A DNA stretch of 21,803 nt. Source: Thermodesulfobacteriota bacterium (GTDB lineage Bacteria > Desulfobacterota > Desulfobulbia > Desulfobulbales > SURF-16). Under the pieces are notes generated by a model. It searched no databases. It worked only from the letters and a program-made list of their open reading frames with translations, and had not been told where the DNA came from. This document shows positions 16,926-21,803 of the stretch, piece by piece. Made by a program: the position numbers and the translations under genes. The DNA lies in the NCBI GenBank assembly GCA_039715015.1, contig JBDLIE010000044.1, positions 1 through 21,803 of the forward strand. Direction: 5' to 3'. Position 1 is the first letter of the stretch; each line of letters starts with the position of its first letter.

Positions 16926-18410
16926 ATGTATAAACCCGGTTTGGAAGATTTTAAGCAGCTGGCGGTAGAGGCGGGACTCATTCCTGTCTGCCGGGAAATT
17001 GTCGCTGATCTTGATACCCCCCTCACTGTTTTTGCCAAGCTGGCCGGCGATGAATCCCACGCCTTTTTACTTGAGAGCTTGGAAGGCGGGGAAACATGGG
17101 GCCGTTATTCCTTTGTGGGCTATGACCCTCTAATGACCTTTGAGAGCCATGGCAACAGTATCAAGGTTAGGCAGGGTGATGAGGTCTCTGCGCTGAGCGG
17201 CGATCCCCTGGAGGAGCTTAAAAAACTTCTGGCATCCTTTAAGGCCTGTACGGACAGTGATTTTCTGCCCCGTTTTTTCGGCGGCGCCGTTGGCTATTTG
17301 GGCTACGACATGGTGCGCTTCATGGAACGCCTGCCCGAGAAGAATCCTCCTTTGGCCGGTCTGCCGGACAGTTCCTTTATGGTGCCCAGGTTTATCCTTA
17401 TCTTCGATAACCTCAAGCAGACGTTGAGTGTGGTCCATTGTGTCAGGGTGGCAGCAGGTGATGATCTTGATCATATCTACCAGCAGGCCCGGCGCGATAT
17501 AGATGCGGTGATCGGCAGGCTTAAGCGCCGCCCTCTGCCCTATGATGTGGTGGAGGGGGATGGTAATTTTTCCGCCCATGAGTTTACCGCCAATATGGAG
17601 CCAGACGCCTTTCGGGACATGGTGGCCAAGGCCAAAGAATATATTATGGCCGGCGACATCATCCAGGTCGTGCTCTCCCAGCGTTTTCATACCAAGACTG
17701 ATATTCCCCCCTTTCTGCTTTACCGGGCCTTACGTCATATCAACCCCAGCCCCTACCTTTTCTATGTCCGGATGGGAGACACCATCCAGATAGGCTCTTC
17801 CCCGGAAATTCTGGTTCGCCTTGAGGATGATAAGGTTGAGGTGCGGCCCATTGCCGGCACCAGGCCGCGCGGCAAGACCAGTGAAGAGGACTTGGCCCTG
17901 GAAGAAGAGCTGCTGGCCGATCCCAAGGAGTGTGCTGAGCATCTCATGCTTGTTGACTTGGGTCGTAACGACCTGGGGAGGGTGGCCAGGTACAACACCG
18001 TTAACACCTATGAACTGATGGTCATTGAACGTTACAGCCATGTCATGCATATCGTTTCTGGGGTCCGGGGCGAGCTTGCTGAAGGCTGTGACCAGTTTGA
18101 TGTGGTGCGGGCCTGTTTTCCGGCCGGCACGGTGAGCGGCGCCCCCAAGGTGAGGGCCATGGAGATTATTGAAGAGCTGGAGCCTGAGCGCCGGGGGCCT
18201 TACGCCGGGGCCGTGGGTTATTTTGGTTTTTCCGGCAATATGGATTTCAGTATCACCATTCGTACCTTTGTTATGCACGGCAATGACCTGTGGGTCCAGG
18301 CCGGCGCTGGTATTGTCGCCGACTCCGATCCAGAAATGGAGTACCAGGAGACCTTGAATAAGTCACGGGGCCTGCGCCGGGCTGTTGAGCTGGCGGAACA
18401 AGGAATTTGA
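16926..18410 (+). CDS. trpE: Anthranilate synthase component I
   Basis: FLLES, GRYSF, NPSPY, RPIAGT, EHLMLVDLGRND and GTVSGAPK. ATG 16926 preceded by AAGGA is preferred over TTG 16887. Confidence 0.95.
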   Translation: MYKPGLEDFKQLAVEAGLIPVCREIVADLDTPLTVFAKLAGDESHAFLLESLEGGETWGRYSFVGYDPLMTFESHGNSIKVRQGDEVSALSGDPLEELKKLLASFKACTDSDFLPRFFGGAVGYLGYDMVRFMERLPEKNPPLAGLPDSSFMVPRFILIFDNLKQTLSVVHCVRVAAGDDLDHIYQQARRDIDAVIGRLKRRPLPYDVVEGDGNFSAHEFTANMEPDAFRDMVAKAKEYIMAGDIIQVVLSQRFHTKTDIPPFLLYRALRHINPSPYLFYVRMGDTIQIGSSPEILVRLEDDKVEVRPIAGTRPRGKTSEEDLALEEELLADPKECAEHLMLVDLGRNDLGRVARYNTVNTYELMVIERYSHVMHIVSGVRGELAEGCDQFDVVRACFPAGTVSGAPKVRAMEIIEELEPERRGPYAGAVGYFGFSGNMDFSITIRTFVMHGNDLWVQAGAGIVADSDPEMEYQETLNKSRGLRRAVELAEQGI

Positions 18411-18449
18411 TATAAGAGTTACTTGAATTATCCAGGAGTAGAGACAATC

Positions 18450-19034
18450 ATGATTGTCATCATTGATAACTACGATTCATTTACATATAACATTGTCCAA
18501 ACCATTGGCGCCTTTGGCGAGGAGATAAAGGTCTTCCGTAATGACGAGGTGGATATCTCCTTTATTGAAGGACTGGGGGCGGATCGTTTGTTGATTTCAC
18601 CGGGGCCGTGTTCCCCCGGCCAGGCAGGCATTTCCATTGAGGCCATCCGTCATTTTGCCGGCAAGATCCCTGTCCTTGGCGTTTGCCTGGGCCATCAGGC
18701 TATCGGCGAGGCATTTGGCGGCACAGTGGTGCGGGCCGGCAGGGTTATGCATGGTAAAACCAGCCCCGTGACCCATGATGGCAAGGGAGTTTTCGCCTCC
18801 CTGCCTTCTCCCTTTGCTGCCATGCGCTATCACTCTCTGGTTGTTGCCGAGGAGGATCTGCCCGATTGTCTGGAAATAACCGCCCAGACCGACCAAGGTG
18901 AACTGATGGGCCTGCGTCATAAAGAACTTATGGTGGAAGGGGTGCAGTTTCATCCCGAATCGATCATGACCCCGGACGGTATTCAACTGCTCAAGAATTT
19001 TGTCAGCAAAGACTACCCGCAGATGCTCCGTTAA
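18450..19034 (+). CDS. trpG: Anthranilate synthase component II (glutamine amidotransferase)
   Basis: [26 protein letters not shown] and QFHPES; ATG 18450 with AGGAG RBS. Confidence 0.95.
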   Translation: MIVIIDNYDSFTYNIVQTIGAFGEEIKVFRNDEVDISFIEGLGADRLLISPGPCSPGQAGISIEAIRHFAGKIPVLGVCLGHQAIGEAFGGTVVRAGRVMHGKTSPVTHDGKGVFASLPSPFAAMRYHSLVVAEEDLPDCLEITAQTDQGELMGLRHKELMVEGVQFHPESIMTPDGIQLLKNFVSKDYPQMLR

Positions 19035-19107
19035 AGGGTCGGGTGATGGGAGTTTTGCCGGAACAAGAAAACAAGTTTTCGAAAAATATAAAATAAGGTG
19101 AAGAGAG

Positions 19108-20136
19108 ATGATAAAGGAAGCCATTGCTAAGATTGTTGGCGGTGTGGACCTGAGCGAAGATGAGATGGTGGGGGTGATGGATGAGATCATGAGTGGCAAT
19201 ACCACTGATGCTCAAATCGGCGCCTTTATCACCAGCCTGCGTTTGAAGGGCGAGACTGTTGACGAGATCACCGGTGCGGCCCGGGTTATGCGGGAAAAGG
19301 CCACTGCTGTCGATGCTGCTGATGAGGGAGAGATCTTAATGGATATCGTTGGTACCGGCGGTGATTCTTCCGGCACCTTTAATGTTTCTACCACTACCTC
19401 ATTTGTGGTCGCTGGAGCTGGAGTGCCAGTGGCTAAGCATGGCAACCGTTCTGTTTCCAGTCATTGCGGCAGTGCCGATGTTCTTGAGGCCCTTGGTGTT
19501 GATCTCTCCATGAGTGCTGAGGATATTGGCAGAGCGGTGCGTGAAGTTGGCATCGGATTTATGTTTGCCCCCATGATGCACGGCGCCATGAAACACGCCA
19601 TTGGTCCCCGTAAGGAGATCGGCATCCGCACCATTTTTAATATCCTTGGCCCCCTCACCAATCCAGCCAAGGCTAATGTTTATCTGCTTGGCGTCTTCAC
19701 CCCGGACCTGGTGGAAACCATGGCCCACGTCCTGGGTCGTTTCGGAATAAAGCGTGCCTTGGTGGTCTGCGGCGAAGGCAATATCGACGAGATCACCATC
19801 ACCGGCCCCACCCTGGTGGCCGACTATAAAGACGGCAAGGTCTCCACCTATTCCATCAGCCCCGAAGATGCCGGACTTTCCCGGGCCAGCCTGGAAGATA
19901 TCAAAGGCGGCGCGACCGCTGAACTTTCCGCCATCCAGCTCCGAGAGGTGTTGGAGGGCAAGCCCGGTGCCTGCCTTGATACCGTCCTGCTTAATGCCGG
20001 TGCGGCCCTGATGGCTGCAGGCAGAGCCCAAGACCTTAAAGACGGTGTTGAACTGGCCCGCCAGAGTGTTGAGTCCGGTGCTGCCCTTGCCAAAATGAAC
20101 GGCCTGGTAGATTTTTCTGGGAAAGGGGCAGCCTAG
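19108..20136 (+). CDS. trpD: Anthranilate phosphoribosyltransferase
   Basis: GTGGD, FNVST, AKHGNRS, GSADVLE and RTIFNILGPLTNP. Confidence 0.97.
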   Translation: MIKEAIAKIVGGVDLSEDEMVGVMDEIMSGNTTDAQIGAFITSLRLKGETVDEITGAARVMREKATAVDAADEGEILMDIVGTGGDSSGTFNVSTTTSFVVAGAGVPVAKHGNRSVSSHCGSADVLEALGVDLSMSAEDIGRAVREVGIGFMFAPMMHGAMKHAIGPRKEIGIRTIFNILGPLTNPAKANVYLLGVFTPDLVETMAHVLGRFGIKRALVVCGEGNIDEITITGPTLVADYKDGKVSTYSISPEDAGLSRASLEDIKGGATAELSAIQLREVLEGKPGACLDTVLLNAGAALMAAGRAQDLKDGVELARQSVESGAALAKMNGLVDFSGKGAA

Positions 20137-20137
20137 G

Positions 20138-20899
20138 ATGATTCTCGATACCATTGTTGAGCAGAAAAAACTTGAGGTAGCCGAACTCAGAAAACGAGGC
20201 ATCATCCCTCCCGGCGAGGTGGACCCTCCCCGCGGTTTTCAAAATGCCCTGACCTCATATCCTGGTATTGCCCTGATCGCTGAGGCCAAGAAGGCATCAC
20301 CCTCAAAAGGGGTAATCTGTGAAGATTTCCAGCCGGTGGAGATTGCCAAACGTTATGAAGCCGGTGGCGCTCAGTGTATGTCAGTCCTCACCGACGAGAA
20401 ATTCTTCCAGGGCCATCTTGATTATCTTGCCCAGGTCCGTGAAACTGTCAAACTGCCGGTACTACGCAAGGATTTCACCATTGACGAGTTGCAGATCAAT
20501 GAGGCCCGGGCCCACGGTGCCGACGCCATCTTGATCATCGCCGCAATACTAAGCCAAAATCAGATGGCGGAGTTTCTGGCCTGTGCCAGGGAGCTTGGCA
20601 TGGACGCGCTGGTGGAGGTCCATGATGAGAGAGAGCTTGAGATGGCCCTGGCCATTGATAGTCCGCTGATTGGTATCAATAACCGTAATCTTAATGATTT
20701 CAGTGTTGATCTCAACACCACCTTGCGTCTGAAAAAGGAGATCCCGGCAGGAGTCCCAGTGGTCAGTGAATCTGGTATCCGTGATGTTGACGATATCAAA
20801 CATCTTGCCGAACATGACATCTGCGCCGTCCTGGTCGGCGAAACCCTGATGCGGGCCGGAGATAAGGATGGCTCCCTGGGGGACTTGATGGGGCGTTAG
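20138..20899 (+). CDS. trpC: Indole-3-glycerol phosphate synthase
   Basis: IAEAKKASPSKG, SVLTD, LRKDF, LVEVH, GINNR and SESGI. Confidence 0.97.
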   Translation: MILDTIVEQKKLEVAELRKRGIIPPGEVDPPRGFQNALTSYPGIALIAEAKKASPSKGVICEDFQPVEIAKRYEAGGAQCMSVLTDEKFFQGHLDYLAQVRETVKLPVLRKDFTIDELQINEARAHGADAILIIAAILSQNQMAEFLACARELGMDALVEVHDERELEMALAIDSPLIGINNRNLNDFSVDLNTTLRLKKEIPAGVPVVSESGIRDVDDIKHLAEHDICAVLVGETLMRAGDKDGSLGDLMGR

Positions 20900-20923
20900 A
20901 AGTTTTGGTATAAAATAAGAATG

Positions 20924-20990
20924 CCACAAGACACTCACTGGCAGAGCGGAGTACCCAGGATACCCCGCTCTGCCAGTGAGTGCCTTGTGG
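20924..20990. repeat. 26-bp inverted repeat between trpC and trpF
   Basis: CCACAAGACACTCACTGGCAGAGCGG (20924-20949) versus 20965-20990, 25/26 complementary, 15-nt spacer. Confidence 0.9.
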
Positions 20991-21028
20991 TCTAAATGAG
21001 TATAAATTTAGAGGGAGGAACAAGGCCA

Positions 21029-21670
21029 ATGGCCGGTCGAACGCGGGTTAAGATCTGTGGCATGACGGAACCTTTTGAGGTCAGAAAGGCAGTTGAGGCA
21101 GGGGTTGACGCCTTAGGTTTTATTTTTGTAAAGGAGAGCCCCCGGGCCATTGATCCTGAGGTGGCCAAGGAGATTATTGCCGAGCTCCCTCCCTTTGTTG
21201 ATGCCGTTGGTGTCTTCATGAACCAAGACCCCGAGGTGGTGAGCGAGCTTGTTCATTACTGCGGCCTCACTGTCATCCAACTGCACGGCCAGGAACCTCC
21301 TGAATACTGTGAAGTGATGCCGGGCCGGGTTATTAAGGCATTTCAGGTCAAACCTGATATGGCTTCCGAATTTTTGGAACCCTATAACGATGTGGTCCGG
21401 GCCTTTCTGCTCGATACCTATCATAAAGAAATGGCAGGCGGCACCGGCGAGACCTTTGACTGGAGTCTGGTGGAAAAACTAAAGCCCCGCAAGCCTCTCA
21501 TCCTTGCCGGTGGACTTAATGTCGATAATGTCGGCGCTGCCATCAAACAGATCCAGCCCTTTGCCGTGGATGTCAATTCCGGCATTGAGATCAGCCCCGG
21601 CCGCAAAGATCCTGAGAAGATTAAAGAGCTCTTTAAAGAAGTGTCCCAGGCGGATAATCTCTGCGTGTAG
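21029..21670 (+). CDS. trpF: Phosphoribosylanthranilate isomerase
   Basis: VKICG, VGVF, QLHG, GGTGETFDW, LAGGL and VDVNSG; ATG 21029 with GGAGG RBS (alternative start 20996). Confidence 0.95.
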   Translation: MAGRTRVKICGMTEPFEVRKAVEAGVDALGFIFVKESPRAIDPEVAKEIIAELPPFVDAVGVFMNQDPEVVSELVHYCGLTVIQLHGQEPPEYCEVMPGRVIKAFQVKPDMASEFLEPYNDVVRAFLLDTYHKEMAGGTGETFDWSLVEKLKPRKPLILAGGLNVDNVGAAIKQIQPFAVDVNSGIEISPGRKDPEKIKELFKEVSQADNLCV

Positions 21671-21690
21671 ATAAAGAGCCATATGACAAG

Positions 21691-21727
21691 AAAGGTCGTT
21701 TCCCACATGGGCAGGCGGCCTTTTTTT
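21691..21727 (+). terminator. Intrinsic terminator of the trp cluster
   Basis: AAAGGTCGTTTCCC-ACAT-GGGCAGGCGGCC-T7: G-U-containing stem about 20 nt after the trpF stop. Confidence 0.75.
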
Positions 21728-21730
21728 AGG

Positions 21731-21803
21731 TTCTTCACGGATTACCGTGGAACTTCTGGTTTTAGATGTTTTGGTTTTGCCTTCCCCCCATTCAGCCCTG
21801 AAC
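21731..21803. mobile_element. Second copy of the MITE-like element, inverted, truncated by the window edge
   Basis: 21736-21803 aligns with the reverse complement of 9226-9292 (about 57/68 by hand count), including GATTACCGTGGAACTTCTG exactly. Confidence 0.8.

Noticed and set aside
1..21803. CRISPR array, tRNA, rRNA, integrase or transposase genes
   Set aside because: No repeat-spacer periodicity, recognisable RNA gene or recombinase motif seen by eye.

Overview
Bacterial chromosomal window; gene content and order suggest Desulfobacterota, possibly Desulfobulbales (inference only). Most of it is housekeeping: acetolactate synthase-like ThDP enzyme, a YprA/MrfA-type DUF1998 helicase fused to a C-terminal RNase H-like exonuclease, a stand-alone Hpt protein, folA, a secreted tandem-SH3 protein, an MCP, the cdaA-cdaR-glmM-tlyA cluster, rpsT and trpEGDCF (no trpBA here). 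A lower-GC multi-pass membrane patatin/cPLA2-like lipase gene opens the window. The most unusual signals are intergenic and missed by the ORF track. (1) A ~316-bp structured MITE-like element with 20-bp terminal inverted repeats and a probable 10-bp target duplication; a second copy is cut by the window end, and both sit right behind the T-tract of an intrinsic terminator. (2) A decayed hypE 3' remnant directly behind an intact-looking promoter, RBS and ATG, suggesting a collapsed operon. (3) A GTAG-type REP doublet and an unrelated 26-bp hairpin. (4) Long structured regions flanking rpsT. I found no clearly new multi-gene system; all calls are from manual reading, with no database searches.
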